From positions 1 through 63,841 of the IMG/VR virus record IMGVR_UViG_3300032088_000004: a DNA stretch of 63,841 bases; one strand, given 5' to 3'. Shown one piece after another: positions 33,750-44,001 of this stretch (its first letter is position 1; each line of letters opens with the position of its first letter). The DNA is from a virus (Duplodnaviria; Caudoviricetes). Made by a program: the position numbers and the translations under genes. The notes beneath the pieces are model-generated. The model did no database searches. It saw only the letters and a list, made by a program, of their open reading frames with translations, and was not told the DNA's origin.

Positions 33750-35126
33750 TCAACCTTTTCCTCCTTCTTTCTTGAAAATCTTGTATTTTTCTTTTAGAGT
33801 ATCGAGCCTCTCCTTCGAGGACCTCTGGATGATATCATTCACTGACTCGCCTGTCTGGTTCAAAACCTTTATCTTTACATTGCTCGTATCCATAAACAAA
33901 GGATACACGAGCCCATCAGGGCCGTTTCGATTCTTTGCAACGAAGATTCGGCCAGTGTTTGTGTTTTTGTCTTCAACTGTTCGTGAAACGGTGAAGATAA
34001 AATCTGCGACGAAACATTTGTTAAATGCTTCCGAGATTGATTCCATAGTAATCACTTCGGCGTTGAGACCAGACCGGTTAGTTTGTGATGCTGTCCACAA
34101 CGGACACTCGCAAATTTGGGCGATTCCCCTTAACTCTTCGTAAATAGTTTCTAGTTGGTGTCTTTTCTCATCTTTTCCGCTATTTTCTGGCCTGATTAGG
34201 TCCCCGTAGTCTACGATGATCACATCTGGGGCGAAATCTCGCCTTTTTAGCTTCTCAATGTGATTTTTGATTGTCTGAATACTAGCACTTCTTGTTGGGT
34301 ACTCTTTTACTATCAGTTTTCCCTGTATGTCTTTGATTTCGTCATAAATCTTTTCTTTAAAAACGGTTAGATTCTTAAGTTCCACGCCAGTAATAGCAGC
34401 GTCGTAGCGACCAGCGACAATAGTATCAGCAAGTTCCAAAGTATAATGGAGTACATTTTTTCCCTGCTTGAGGGCTTCGGCGCCGAGATGGACAAGCACC
34501 ATTGATTTACCAGCGCCAGTAGGAGCAACAACAACACCAAGTTCACCTTTTCCTAAACCCCCTTTTGCTATGTCATCTATATCTTTCCACCCTGTGGAAA
34601 TTGGGTCTCTCGCTTTCCTTTCGAACCTCTGCTCAAAGTCTACGAAGTAGTCGTACCCTAGGGTGTTATCCGACCCAAGTTTTAGCGCGTCGTCGATAAC
34701 TCTTGACACATCGTCAAAAGAGGAGGACTTGATAAGCTCTACTGATTTAATTAGTGCCTCTTTGAGTTTCTGTTTTTTACAAAAGTCGAGTGCTGTATCT
34801 TTAATATAGTCCGAGGATTCTGGGATTTTACCATTAGCGAGTACCCGGGCGTAATACTCTCGTATTCGCACCTTTACTGACTCAGGTTCAGAGTCGAGGC
34901 CTGTTCGTATGATCGAGTGCATGATGTTAGGAGTAGGGTGGACTCCATATCTTTTTCTGTACTCTTTTACTTTTCCGACGAAAACTCGCAAGTGTTTAAG
35001 TTCAAGAAAGTTAAGGTCCAGCACTTCGAACATCTGGTCTGCGAAGCTTCGGTCATTTAACACTAAATGACAAAGGTCTTCCTGAAATGTTTTTCCGAAC
35101 TTGGAAAAGCTCTTCTCTTGTTCCAT
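33750..35126 (-). CDS. dnaB: Replicative DnaB/gp41-like helicase
   Basis: APTGAGKS, HYTLEL, IIVDYGD, WTASQTNR, AKNRNG. Confidence 0.93.
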   Translation of the reverse strand: MEQEKSFSKFGKTFQEDLCHLVLNDRSFADQMFEVLDLNFLELKHLRVFVGKVKEYRKRYGVHPTPNIMHSIIRTGLDSEPESVKVRIREYYARVLANGKIPESSDYIKDTALDFCKKQKLKEALIKSVELIKSSSFDDVSRVIDDALKLGSDNTLGYDYFVDFEQRFERKARDPISTGWKDIDDIAKGGLGKGELGVVVAPTGAGKSMVLVHLGAEALKQGKNVLHYTLELADTIVAGRYDAAITGVELKNLTVFKEKIYDEIKDIQGKLIVKEYPTRSASIQTIKNHIEKLKRRDFAPDVIIVDYGDLIRPENSGKDEKRHQLETIYEELRGIAQICECPLWTASQTNRSGLNAEVITMESISEAFNKCFVADFIFTVSRTVEDKNTNTGRIFVAKNRNGPDGLVYPLFMDTSNVKIKVLNQTGESVNDIIQRSSKERLDTLKEKYKIFKKEGGKG

Positions 35127-35164
35127 TGTTATTCCTTTTCTTTAATACAGTATAGCAGACTTCA

Positions 35165-36124
35165 TCATGAAAAGGAAGTAATAATGTGATTAAATCTTTG
35201 TTCCAAATCTGTGGTCGTTACGGTCAGCACGCCGTCTTGAAGCATTAACTTTCTTATTTCCGTTTGATTGTAGTGGGGCTTATACTGCTCAAACGTATCG
35301 TCAATCCCTTGTTTGGCTTGTATAGATAGCATTGGCGAGGATAATTGCATAATATCATAATTGTTTTCTATTAACTCCTTTGATTCTAAAATATTTGTAT
35401 AAACTTTTTGTTTATTCTCTGGTTTTTGGCATTCTTTAAGAATGTGCTCTAAGTAGTACGTTGCTTCCTCTTTTAGGAAAGGAAAATTCTTTGCCACTGT
35501 CGGTAGTCCCACTCTGGGTACACCTGGTAGATTATCAGAAGAGTCTCCTACAATCGCCCTCGCGAGGGCGAAATTTGTTGGGTGGATGTTGAACTTCTCC
35601 ACTATATTATTCTTGTTCAGATACTCTTTTTGGATAGGTCTGTGTAATATTGTCTTGTCGTCCAACAACTGAATAAAGTCTTTATCGGCTGATACAATTA
35701 CTTTCTGCCACTCTGAAAACATTGGAGTATTCTTGATGTAAGAAATCACATCGTCCGCCTCGACATGAGGTTCCATAAACTGAATCACTGGTGTTTGGTT
35801 GAGGTATTCTATTACTCTTGTTTGTTGCCAAACCTTGTTGTTTAAAACTTCTTCCTCCCCCATCCCCACTTGGGTCCAATTTGTCCTCGGTGGCTTACGT
35901 CCACCCTTGTAATTCTTATTCATTGAGCGCCGCTTCTTAGAACCACCCTTTCCGTCCCAAACCAGAACCAACAGGTCTGGTCGAATCTCTCTCGTCAGTT
36001 TATTAAAAATATTAATAAATGTTCTTATTCCGCCAATGGGGGAGCCGTTTGGGTTTTTGCTAGGGTCTACTATGTATCCGCGGATGAACTGGTTGTACGC
36101 GTCTACTATCATTACTCTCTTCAT
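35165..36124 (-). CDS. 5'-3' exonuclease / flap endonuclease (T4 RNase H-like)
   Basis: MIVDA, VWDG, YKGGR, EADDVI, SADKDFIQL, GDSSDNLPGVPRVG. Confidence 0.93.
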   Translation of the reverse strand: MKRVMIVDAYNQFIRGYIVDPSKNPNGSPIGGIRTFINIFNKLTREIRPDLLVLVWDGKGGSKKRRSMNKNYKGGRKPPRTNWTQVGMGEEEVLNNKVWQQTRVIEYLNQTPVIQFMEPHVEADDVISYIKNTPMFSEWQKVIVSADKDFIQLLDDKTILHRPIQKEYLNKNNIVEKFNIHPTNFALARAIVGDSSDNLPGVPRVGLPTVAKNFPFLKEEATYYLEHILKECQKPENKQKVYTNILESKELIENNYDIMQLSSPMLSIQAKQGIDDTFEQYKPHYNQTEIRKLMLQDGVLTVTTTDLEQRFNHIITSFS

Positions 36125-36140
36125 GTTTTCTCCATAAAAT

Positions 36141-36169
36141 ATAAAGCCCGGCAGAGAGCCGGGCTTTAT
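36141..36169 (-). terminator. Rho-independent terminator
   Basis: Perfect ATAAAGCCCGGC/GCCGGGCTTTAT hairpin after recA. Confidence 0.8.
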
Positions 36170-36176
36170 TGTTAAG

Positions 36177-37310
36177 CTATTCTTCGGTCGGAATGTCTTC
36201 CGGCTCGTAGAAGTCGCCTGCGTTGCCTTCTCTATTCTTGAACTTCATAATAACATCTTCTTCAATAATAGTCAAGACACTTTCTCTGAATTTTTCACTC
36301 TCAAGTTTGGTGACCCACTGTTTGCGCTGGAACTTTTCCTTAGACCCATCATTGTGGATTAGCGTAAACCAGGCACCAGACTGTTCAAGTCTTTCAGAGA
36401 TTTGGATTGCATCGAACCAACTCTCTTCATCTTGGACACCAACGGCGTCATCTCCCCACAGGATCTTGAAGTTGCAGGTTCGGCCGTGGGTCCCGAAACG
36501 AGACTTCTCCAGCTTTACCTTTACTTCAGATCCAATGCGGAAACCATTGTCATCAACGATGAAACTAGCTTTGGCTTTTCTTGCCGTGAGCCATACACGA
36601 AGTGAATAAGCATAAATCATAGCCTTTCCACCTGGAGTCGTGTACGGTTCAGTCATAGCCTGCGCTGGTGTTCTTGCTCCCAAGTTAGTCTTCAATTGAT
36701 TGAGGACTAGAAAGGTAGCATTAGCATCGGCGATAGGGATAGTTAGCTTTGACATTCCCTTGGCTAGGATTCTAGGCTTTACCGCCATCGAAGACTGAGG
36801 ATTGAAGTCACCGTCAATATCAGAAATCGAGGGAGTAAGAGCCAAAGAATCCCAAATGAAAAGCCACTTGTTGCCAGTGGCTAGCAGTTCTTCGATGGTT
36901 TCCAGGACAAACTCAACAGATGCTGCTTGAACATACATAAGCCTGTCTAAGTCGCAACCTGCTCGCTCCATGAAAGAAGGGTCGATGGCGGACTCTGAAT
37001 CAAAGTACACTACATCGATACCCATCTTTTGGGCGTTCCCAGCAATCTGAGCAGCCAAAAATGACTTACCAGTACCAGGGAGGCCTGCAATCTCTGAGAT
37101 TTTACCCACAGGAATACCAGCGTGTCTGCCCTTGCAAATGATGGCATCAAGCCACCGTGAGCCAGTAGGAATCCACTCATTCACTTCTGTTGGATTGTTA
37201 TCCTGAAGTGAGTGAGCGACTTCTCTGCCGGCTTTCTTGTTGATAATGCCTCGAATAGAGGCAATATCTAAAGCGCCCTTTTTGAGTTTGGTAACCTTAG
37301 CCTTAGGCAT
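36177..37310 (-). CDS. recA: RecA/UvsX recombinase
   Basis: IPTGS, GLPGTGKS, DSESAID, IWDSLA, VLNQL, TPGGKA. Confidence 0.95.
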   Translation of the reverse strand: MPKAKVTKLKKGALDIASIRGIINKKAGREVAHSLQDNNPTEVNEWIPTGSRWLDAIICKGRHAGIPVGKISEIAGLPGTGKSFLAAQIAGNAQKMGIDVVYFDSESAIDPSFMERAGCDLDRLMYVQAASVEFVLETIEELLATGNKWLFIWDSLALTPSISDIDGDFNPQSSMAVKPRILAKGMSKLTIPIADANATFLVLNQLKTNLGARTPAQAMTEPYTTPGGKAMIYAYSLRVWLTARKAKASFIVDDNGFRIGSEVKVKLEKSRFGTHGRTCNFKILWGDDAVGVQDEESWFDAIQISERLEQSGAWFTLIHNDGSKEKFQRKQWVTKLESEKFRESVLTIIEEDVIMKFKNREGNAGDFYEPEDIPTEE

Positions 37311-37317
37311 TCTTCAC

Positions 37318-38076
37318 CTACGCATTCAACAGGTCGTTAAACGCTGCTTCTACTGTGTCTGTCGTACCTGTTGGTGTAGAGTTATTTCCTCCAAACTTTT
37401 GAACTTCGGTGTTACCTGACTCCCCTGCTAGAAACTGGTCCATGATTGACTGAACTTCCGCAGTAGTCTTTCTCTCAAAGATTTCGTCGAAGTTTGGAAT
37501 AGTCTCGAGAAGCTCTGCGCATCGCTCGTCTCCCCCCACAACATCGTCACACAAGACTGTCTTGCGAGGTCGTGGCCGAATATCGGTACGAGGAAAGCTT
37601 GCACCAGGCAACTTGCCGTACATCAGCTTGAGGTCGTTTCCAGTCTCAGGGTCTGTGATATCTCCATAGTCTGGGTCCAAAACAATTGTCAGCAGTTTTT
37701 CGTAAGCCATCTTACCGTATCCCCAAACTCGGATACCCTGGTCTTCTTCCCCTCGGACAAGAACCGGAGAAAAGAAACGTTGCTTTGCGAACATCTCCTT
37801 TGCTTGCCTCTTACTGTCTTCTGTTCCCTCATTCCACAACTTGTTTGCAAAATTGCAGGTTGGGCAGTCATCCCCAAAGTTCCGCTTTGGGCAGAGAAAA
37901 GACTGGCCACCAACACCGTAGTGGAAGTACTTTTCCTTGAACGGGTCGCCGTCCTTCGTGGAAACGATACGGATATTGCTTTCTCCGTCCTCTGGTCGCC
38001 AGAAGTTCTTCTTTCCGTCTCCCTTTCCGTTAAGTTTATCGAGTTTCGCTTTCATAGCGTCTAAGTTAATTGCCAT
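37318..38076 (-). CDS. Single-stranded DNA-binding protein (gp32-like)
   Basis: FWRPEDG..IRIV, H...C...CPTC zinc site, YGDITDPETGNDL, acidic C-terminus. Confidence 0.85.
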   Translation of the reverse strand: MAINLDAMKAKLDKLNGKGDGKKNFWRPEDGESNIRIVSTKDGDPFKEKYFHYGVGGQSFLCPKRNFGDDCPTCNFANKLWNEGTEDSKRQAKEMFAKQRFFSPVLVRGEEDQGIRVWGYGKMAYEKLLTIVLDPDYGDITDPETGNDLKLMYGKLPGASFPRTDIRPRPRKTVLCDDVVGGDERCAELLETIPNFDEIFERKTTAEVQSIMDQFLAGESGNTEVQKFGGNNSTPTGTTDTVEAAFNDLLNA

Positions 38077-38156
38077 TGTTATTACCTCCTATGGTATGTT
38101 GCTTTTTTGCACGTTTGGCTATAGCAGGTCAGCAAATCTCCTGACCAACTGTATAT

Positions 38157-38185
38157 ATACTATCAGATTCTGTTGTCTGTGTCAA
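38157..38185 (-). promoter_or_regulatory. Sigma70-type promoter
   Basis: TTGACA, 17 bp, TAGTAT. Confidence 0.65.
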
Positions 38186-39029
38186 CAGCTATTTGTTGAA
38201 TTTTTGGTGAGAAGTATTCTACGTAAATGTAGTCACTTTCATATTGTGTTGGATAAATCCCAAACGAAACCTTTGTTTCGTCTGTAATCCTTGATTTCAC
38301 TTTGTTTGTAATTGTTCTGAACAAGTTTTCTTCCGTCTTTAGTTTTTCTTCATTGATACCATAATAGTATACCACTTCTACCTCTTGATTGCAAGGAAAA
38401 AACATCAAATCGTCTTTCTCTAATGATCCCAGGCCGATAGTAGTAATCCTGCAAGATTCTTTTTGTCGCTTAAATGTGGACGTAATCGGCTTTGTGTTTT
38501 TAAACACGTCCAACATATAGTAAGTGCTTGTAAACACATGGTTTATTTGGTCATAGTAGTCGAATACATTAGTGGAACCCGCCAACTCCTCCAACCGCAG
38601 GTTGGATACGAGACAAATTTTTCCAAACAGGCCGCTTCGGGCGTAATTTTGCAATATGCCGCGGCAGGCTCTTTCTTGGAGTGTCTTCTCTTCAGATAAG
38701 ACCTCAACCTCGGGCATGAAATACACGACATCCATTTTCACACCTTTAAGGTGGAGTGAATGGAGGGCCCGCAAAGTGAGGCCCGACGAGGAGGCGCCTC
38801 CGCAGACAAACACTGTGCAGGTTTCCTCGATTGTGCCAAGCCACTTATCCAGCTTTTTTGTGTCCATCGCCTCATATTCTTCTGGGCCATCCAGCTGAGG
38901 CAGGTTAAAATGGTATTTTGTTGTTTTTTGATTTTCAGTACAAATCGTGTAGGGCTTATACATCTTGTATTGACCTAGTTGCTTGACTATATTAGATCCT
39001 GCGGTTCCTATTCCTAGTACTGTCTTCAA
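38163..39029 (-). CDS. Divergent tubulin/FtsZ-family (PhuZ/TubZ-like) protein
   Basis: VLGIGTAGSNIV N-terminal motif, degenerate signature loop GGASSSG, LVSN...YYDQIN. Confidence 0.7.
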   Translation of the reverse strand: MKTVLGIGTAGSNIVKQLGQYKMYKPYTICTENQKTTKYHFNLPQLDGPEEYEAMDTKKLDKWLGTIEETCTVFVCGGASSSGLTLRALHSLHLKGVKMDVVYFMPEVEVLSEEKTLQERACRGILQNYARSGLFGKICLVSNLRLEELAGSTNVFDYYDQINHVFTSTYYMLDVFKNTKPITSTFKRQKESCRITTIGLGSLEKDDLMFFPCNQEVEVVYYYGINEEKLKTEENLFRTITNKVKSRITDETKVSFGIYPTQYESDYIYVEYFSPKIQQIAVDTDNRI

Positions 39030-40156
39030 ATTCCTAAATCCTTTAGATTTCCAAAATTATTGCCTGTCTTGCATGTGCTTCTGAATGGGCCCCACGGTGT
39101 TTCTTCAAACTGGGACTTTATTTCTCTGAGCATTTTAATGTCTTCTTGCGATATATCGATAATAATCGAATCGTGCAGCGTGAACGCTATATAACTCTTT
39201 TTGTTTTTTAGCATCTTCATAATCTTGTATGCGTTTTGTATAACTATATCAGAAGTTGTCGATTGAAGCAAGTAGTTTTGTGCTTTTCTTTCGTCCACCG
39301 CCAAAACTCTACCAAATGGGGTTTTCAGCGTCTGGTTTTCAGGGGCAAAAAAATCTCGAAAAATTAGCCGCGAAAAAAAATCGTCAAATCGACTTTCTGT
39401 ACTCGAAGGATTGTACAACCACGCAAACAACTCCACCTTCGCCCTAGCGCGTTCTATCTCTCCATTGAACACATTCTCCACGACCCACTCATGAATGTCC
39501 TCCTGTGGCTGTTCTCGGCCTGATAAAGCTATTAGCGTACGTATCTCGGCGGCATTTAAATCTAACTCGACGAAAGCATCGTTCTGAGGGGTGATTTTAT
39601 ACCTGTCTCCCTTCTTCAAAGTCATAATGGGTACTGAGCCCTTCTTAGTAGTCAATCTTCCTGTTGCCGAGCCAAAGATGTTATATTGCACTCTACCTTT
39701 CTTGCCCTCGAATATCAGGTCTTGATGAGCTATCTCGGATGTCAGGACGTGGGCCTTGTGTAGGATATCATAATCGTCTTCTCGCTTGGTCGTCTTGTAA
39801 AGAGAGTGTAGTGCTTGCTCTCTCATTTTAAACCATTTACTCAATTGATGCTCGGGAAGCAAGTCAAAGAAGCACTCCTCTGTTAAGTCTATTTTTGCTG
39901 TTGCTGCGGCCTTTGCATGCGACGTCAATCTAGTCATGTATTCTCCGTACAAATCAACATCAGGCGAGTGAGTCGATAAATCATCGCTCCTAAGCCTCAA
40001 GTGCAAGTACTCAAATTTCTCATCATCTAGAATCGGAGAATGCTTCCAACACAAGTCATATTCATCCATCAAGTCTTGGTCCGGATTGAAAATAAATTGG
40101 TTTTTGTGGAAAATCCCCTTGCAGTTGTCTTTTATGTCAAGAGTTTGTAGAATCAA
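39026..40156 (-). CDS. Minimal family-A DNA polymerase-like protein
   Basis: ATGRL, motif A ELDLNAAEIR, motif B-like RAKVELFAWLY, NYLLQST, motif C LHDSI. Confidence 0.85.
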   Translation of the reverse strand: MILQTLDIKDNCKGIFHKNQFIFNPDQDLMDEYDLCWKHSPILDDEKFEYLHLRLRSDDLSTHSPDVDLYGEYMTRLTSHAKAAATAKIDLTEECFFDLLPEHQLSKWFKMREQALHSLYKTTKREDDYDILHKAHVLTSEIAHQDLIFEGKKGRVQYNIFGSATGRLTTKKGSVPIMTLKKGDRYKITPQNDAFVELDLNAAEIRTLIALSGREQPQEDIHEWVVENVFNGEIERARAKVELFAWLYNPSSTESRFDDFFSRLIFRDFFAPENQTLKTPFGRVLAVDERKAQNYLLQSTTSDIVIQNAYKIMKMLKNKKSYIAFTLHDSIIIDISQEDIKMLREIKSQFEETPWGPFRSTCKTGNNFGNLKDLGI

Positions 40157-41336
40157 CGTTAGTCCTTCTGAGTCTTTCTTTTAGGAGATTTGCGCATGTG
40201 TTTTCAATAAACAATATAACTCCCGAGTTATGAGTGAGTTGGGAAAGCCCCTGGTGAAGTAATATATTATACTTTTCTATCGATTCTGTCAAGACTTTTT
40301 TAAATCTTTTTCTAGCCGGGGTTGGATCTTCATCTGAAGAGTAAAAGTCTGCGTTTTTGAATTCTCCAATCTCTCTCATCCTGTTGGTCAAATATGTTTC
40401 AATCCAGCTCTCCTCTGGCACAGCATCTGCAAAGGTCTGCAGAACTGATTGTCCTTTTGTCTGTGCATACTTTAGATATAACCTCTTGTAAAACGACTTG
40501 ATTCTCCAGTAATCATCCAGTCCAACCTTGATTAAATACTCTTCTGAATAAAAGTCATTAAACGGCCTGTGAGATACTGAGTTTAATATATTCTCCTGAG
40601 CAACTGGGGAATAGAGATTTAAGACCAAACGCCATGGGCAATTTTGGTCAACGAAAAATCCATATTCATTTGCTATTTGCCCGTAACACTCAAAATTTGG
40701 GTCAGAGATTAACGCTACTTTCACATAATCGACCGCCGGGTCGTTATGTGGCGCGAGGTCGATATATAAACCTGTCTGATATGCGGAAGCGTAGCGGCTT
40801 AAAACGTATCCTGATTTACTCAGCTTGTATTGTTTTTTATCCTCATCGAATATGACCTGGTCGAGGGCAGACACAAAAGAAGAAAACGACATCAGTGGTC
40901 CAGCGAAGCGTCCAGTAAGGAAAGGGTCTATCATTACCTGGGATAGTAGATTTTGAAAATTTGTATACTTCTCGGAAATATCTTCATAGCTTTTCTTAAC
41001 TACCAGCCCCTCCAAACCTACTGGTACGCCGATGTTGCCCCTGGAAGCAGCGTCCAAATAGAAATCCCTAAATTTATTGAAGCAAGAGACCACAAAGTTA
41101 AGACCTGAAATGCCGCCGGCGTAATCTCCAAACTGTACTAGTTCTGGATTAGGTTCCACAATATAGTAGTCGTTGTCAATAAAACCATACAGTGGCGTCT
41201 TGCTCACGGTATCCAAAAAGTTAATTCCCAGGGAAGCCTTCTTCTCCTCTATGAAATCTGAATATCTAATTCTTTCTGAGTAGTTCTGGCCAGGGTCAGA
41301 GACGAGTCCTCCCATTAATCTATTTTCAACTGTCAT
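40137..41336 (-). CDS. Hypothetical protein
   Basis: 399-aa ORF at the end of the baseplate cluster. Confidence 0.75.
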   Translation of the reverse strand: MTVENRLMGGLVSDPGQNYSERIRYSDFIEEKKASLGINFLDTVSKTPLYGFIDNDYYIVEPNPELVQFGDYAGGISGLNFVVSCFNKFRDFYLDAASRGNIGVPVGLEGLVVKKSYEDISEKYTNFQNLLSQVMIDPFLTGRFAGPLMSFSSFVSALDQVIFDEDKKQYKLSKSGYVLSRYASAYQTGLYIDLAPHNDPAVDYVKVALISDPNFECYGQIANEYGFFVDQNCPWRLVLNLYSPVAQENILNSVSHRPFNDFYSEEYLIKVGLDDYWRIKSFYKRLYLKYAQTKGQSVLQTFADAVPEESWIETYLTNRMREIGEFKNADFYSSDEDPTPARKRFKKVLTESIEKYNILLHQGLSQLTHNSGVILFIENTCANLLKERLRRTNVDSTNS

Positions 41337-41347
41337 ATTAGCTACTC

Positions 41348-43624
41348 CTACTTTTTCTTGTTAAGTGATTTCGATCTCTGCATAAGGTCTTCCACTTCCT
41401 TGTCTGCCTTTACGGCCCCTGGCATTCGCTTGGCTTCGCCAATTGTCTCAGGGTACCCAGCAAACTGAAGCTGCAATGTTGTGTTCAAGACTCCAGACGT
41501 AAACGATGTTGTAACTTTGATTACCGAATAGTACCCTCCTATACCCAGTTTACGAGTTGATGAGTCCAAACTCGCTGGTTCGCCTAAGCCCAGGGCTTCC
41601 GGGTCTATATAAACCATCATGAGCGGATGAAAAAGAGTGTTTCCAAACATAGTTACTGTTGCATTGTGTGGTATTCGCAGAGCGTCAAATGCATTACCAT
41701 GTCCAACTATCAAATATTCCTCAAGGCCCGGTTGGTTTTGTGCAGAAAAGTTAATACTCTTGACCAACCCCCTGTCTTGACTAGTTCGAAGATGTATTAT
41801 CCCACTGTCCTGATCTTCTATTTGATTTCCCCTTCCGATGGTTCCAGAAGTGTCGCATCTTTCTTGATGATATATCACGTATTGGGCCTTTTGTTTTTGC
41901 TTTGATTTAATAAGCTTCGCAGTATCCGTATCTAGATGTTTGACATCTATTGAGCCTTTTCCTTTTCTTATCTTTTCGGACAAGTCGGTGCCTTGAAGAG
42001 TGCTGACTTTGACCTTTGCTTTTTTCATGATATCTGAGCCAGAATATTCCGCTAGTGCATCATTAAGTAATCCGGCGCAAAAGGATACTAGGAACTCCTT
42101 TAGTCCGAAAAAGTATTTCCTTGGTTGTATGTAATCCTCATATATCGCAGTGTATATCAAATCGATTGAGATTGGTATATCCGATATGTTGACCGCTAGT
42201 TCTCCTTTTTTACCTTTTGGTTGCAGGGTCATATCGCTGAAAAACACGTTTGTGAGTTGCAAAAACTTTTGACTTTCCTGCAGCGATTTCAACATTTTCT
42301 GCTCCTGCTTGGGTTTGATTCTTTTGTTTTTCAGGTCCGTTTTTATGTTCGACTTTATTTTATTGAAATCCTGGTCAGCTATCTTAGCCATAAAAGCATC
42401 CACCAAATCTCCGAAGTTGACATAAAAGACGTAGTCTCCTGTCAGTATGTTATCTTGAACTCGTCCAGCTGTACTAGGGGGCGCAGGGCTTGACTTGTCG
42501 TTTGCTGCGGCTGGTTTTGTCCCGAACTTCAAAAATTGTTGAGCATCTTCGGCAATGGGTACTGCAAATATTTTCTCTTTCCTATGTAAGTTATCAATTA
42601 CCCTTGAGACTTCTGACACTATACCCAGCATATAATCCGGTTTTTCTAAAGAGGAGTTACTTGCCGCAGAGTTTTCTTGCTTTGCCTTATCACCCGGGAC
42701 GGCAGTTTTAATATCCTGTGGTTCTTTTTTCCCAGAGTTGGGCTTCGCATCAGTACGAATCTCTAGCAGTTTCTTTTTTGTCTCAGCTTTTTCAACTACA
42801 TTATAAATAAAGTCCTTGTCCACAGCTTTGAGGCTACCGTGATATCGTGCACTGATAGTAGCTGAACCATTTTGTTGTATAGAAATATCTCTTCCCTTGT
42901 AGTGCATAGATACAAGAAGCTTTGTTGCATCTATTGCTTTTTTTTCTTTTGTTGTAAGGATGCCATCCTTATCCATAAATGAATATCCTATAGTAGCGGC
43001 GATTTCTAGTGCCCTGCCAGACTCAAGGGCGCCAACTTCGGGAGTTTTGCCAGAGTTTGGTAATCTCTTGGACTCTGGCACTCTCATTAAAATTAGGTCT
43101 GCGAGTTCTGCGAATGAATCATTTGGCCTACTGAAAAGAGTAGACAAACTGTCTATTTCCACCTCCAAGGATGTTTCTAGCATTCCCAAGCCTGCATCAA
43201 ATGGACTATTACCCACAAAATCTATATTAAAACTTTTTAAAACTGCCGAATTTGCAGAGAATGCTCTAGTCTTGTCATATTGACCATTGGTGGTAAAATT
43301 ATAATCAGTTGTTACCGGAAAATAGAAAGGCGTATATTGCTTTCCTTCCACCCTGTACAATCGTATCTCTGGCACCAAAAGAGAAAGCTTGTGATTTTCA
43401 ATATTTAAAAAGTCTCTTTCTAGTCGATAATCTTTTCCGTGCCCGGATGGGTTTTTAATCTTTGATATAACACAAGAGGGTTTATATGCTCCAGACAGTT
43501 TAGCAAGGGCGACTTTCTTTTGGAAACCGGTGTTGCCTCCGAAAGAACTTTGGCCGGTCGCTAGTCCCTGTTTGAATAGTGTGTATTGCAAATACGCCTG
43601 CGGCGTTAAAAGGTTCAATTTCAT
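41348..43624 (-). CDS. Putative baseplate hub/tail protein
   Basis: 758 aa; position after a gp53/LysM-like gene; C-terminal TVTMFGN...GYYSVIKVT typical of hub proteins. Confidence 0.6.
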   Translation of the reverse strand: MKLNLLTPQAYLQYTLFKQGLATGQSSFGGNTGFQKKVALAKLSGAYKPSCVISKIKNPSGHGKDYRLERDFLNIENHKLSLLVPEIRLYRVEGKQYTPFYFPVTTDYNFTTNGQYDKTRAFSANSAVLKSFNIDFVGNSPFDAGLGMLETSLEVEIDSLSTLFSRPNDSFAELADLILMRVPESKRLPNSGKTPEVGALESGRALEIAATIGYSFMDKDGILTTKEKKAIDATKLLVSMHYKGRDISIQQNGSATISARYHGSLKAVDKDFIYNVVEKAETKKKLLEIRTDAKPNSGKKEPQDIKTAVPGDKAKQENSAASNSSLEKPDYMLGIVSEVSRVIDNLHRKEKIFAVPIAEDAQQFLKFGTKPAAANDKSSPAPPSTAGRVQDNILTGDYVFYVNFGDLVDAFMAKIADQDFNKIKSNIKTDLKNKRIKPKQEQKMLKSLQESQKFLQLTNVFFSDMTLQPKGKKGELAVNISDIPISIDLIYTAIYEDYIQPRKYFFGLKEFLVSFCAGLLNDALAEYSGSDIMKKAKVKVSTLQGTDLSEKIRKGKGSIDVKHLDTDTAKLIKSKQKQKAQYVIYHQERCDTSGTIGRGNQIEDQDSGIIHLRTSQDRGLVKSINFSAQNQPGLEEYLIVGHGNAFDALRIPHNATVTMFGNTLFHPLMMVYIDPEALGLGEPASLDSSTRKLGIGGYYSVIKVTTSFTSGVLNTTLQLQFAGYPETIGEAKRMPGAVKADKEVEDLMQRSKSLNKKK

Positions 43625-43974
43625 AATTCACTCGCGTTATATGCCTGTCCAATCGCGGCCTCCAGGGGTAATGGGACAAGAATTGTATCTCCGTTATTGC
43701 AGTGGAAGTCAGTTGGTTTCGAATTAAACCAAGCGATGACCCACCAGTATTTAGCCTGGCCGTAATATTTATAAGCTATCTTACTTAGGCTGTCCCCTGT
43801 TGAATAAAGGTGTTGCATTATCTCTATTTCACTAAGAAAGGATTCTTGCGATGGATCGCCATAAGTTATTAAGCCAAAATGCCTTATCGATGTGGCGCCT
43901 GTTCTATTCATAAAGTCTCGATAAGTCTCGTCCGAGTTATTGTATATGAATCCGTATTTATTCCATTCTGTCAT
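43621..43974 (-). CDS. LysM-like baseplate wedge protein (gp53-like)
   Basis: GDSLSKIAYKYYGQAKYWWVIAWFN...GDTILVP. Confidence 0.85.
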   Translation of the reverse strand: MTEWNKYGFIYNNSDETYRDFMNRTGATSIRHFGLITYGDPSQESFLSEIEIMQHLYSTGDSLSKIAYKYYGQAKYWWVIAWFNSKPTDFHCNNGDTILVPLPLEAAIGQAYNASEL

Positions 43975-44001
43975 GTCGTTATCCTCTTTTCTTCTTTAAT
44001 C

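Noticed and set aside
35149-35177. Sigma70 promoter upstream of dnaB
   Set aside because: An extended -10 (TGcTATACT) is present but there is no credible -35, so it was not listed as a feature.
19761-37310. Inteins or introns in dnaE, nrdJ, dnaB or recA
   Set aside because: Lengths are normal, and no splice-junction or homing endonuclease motifs were seen.
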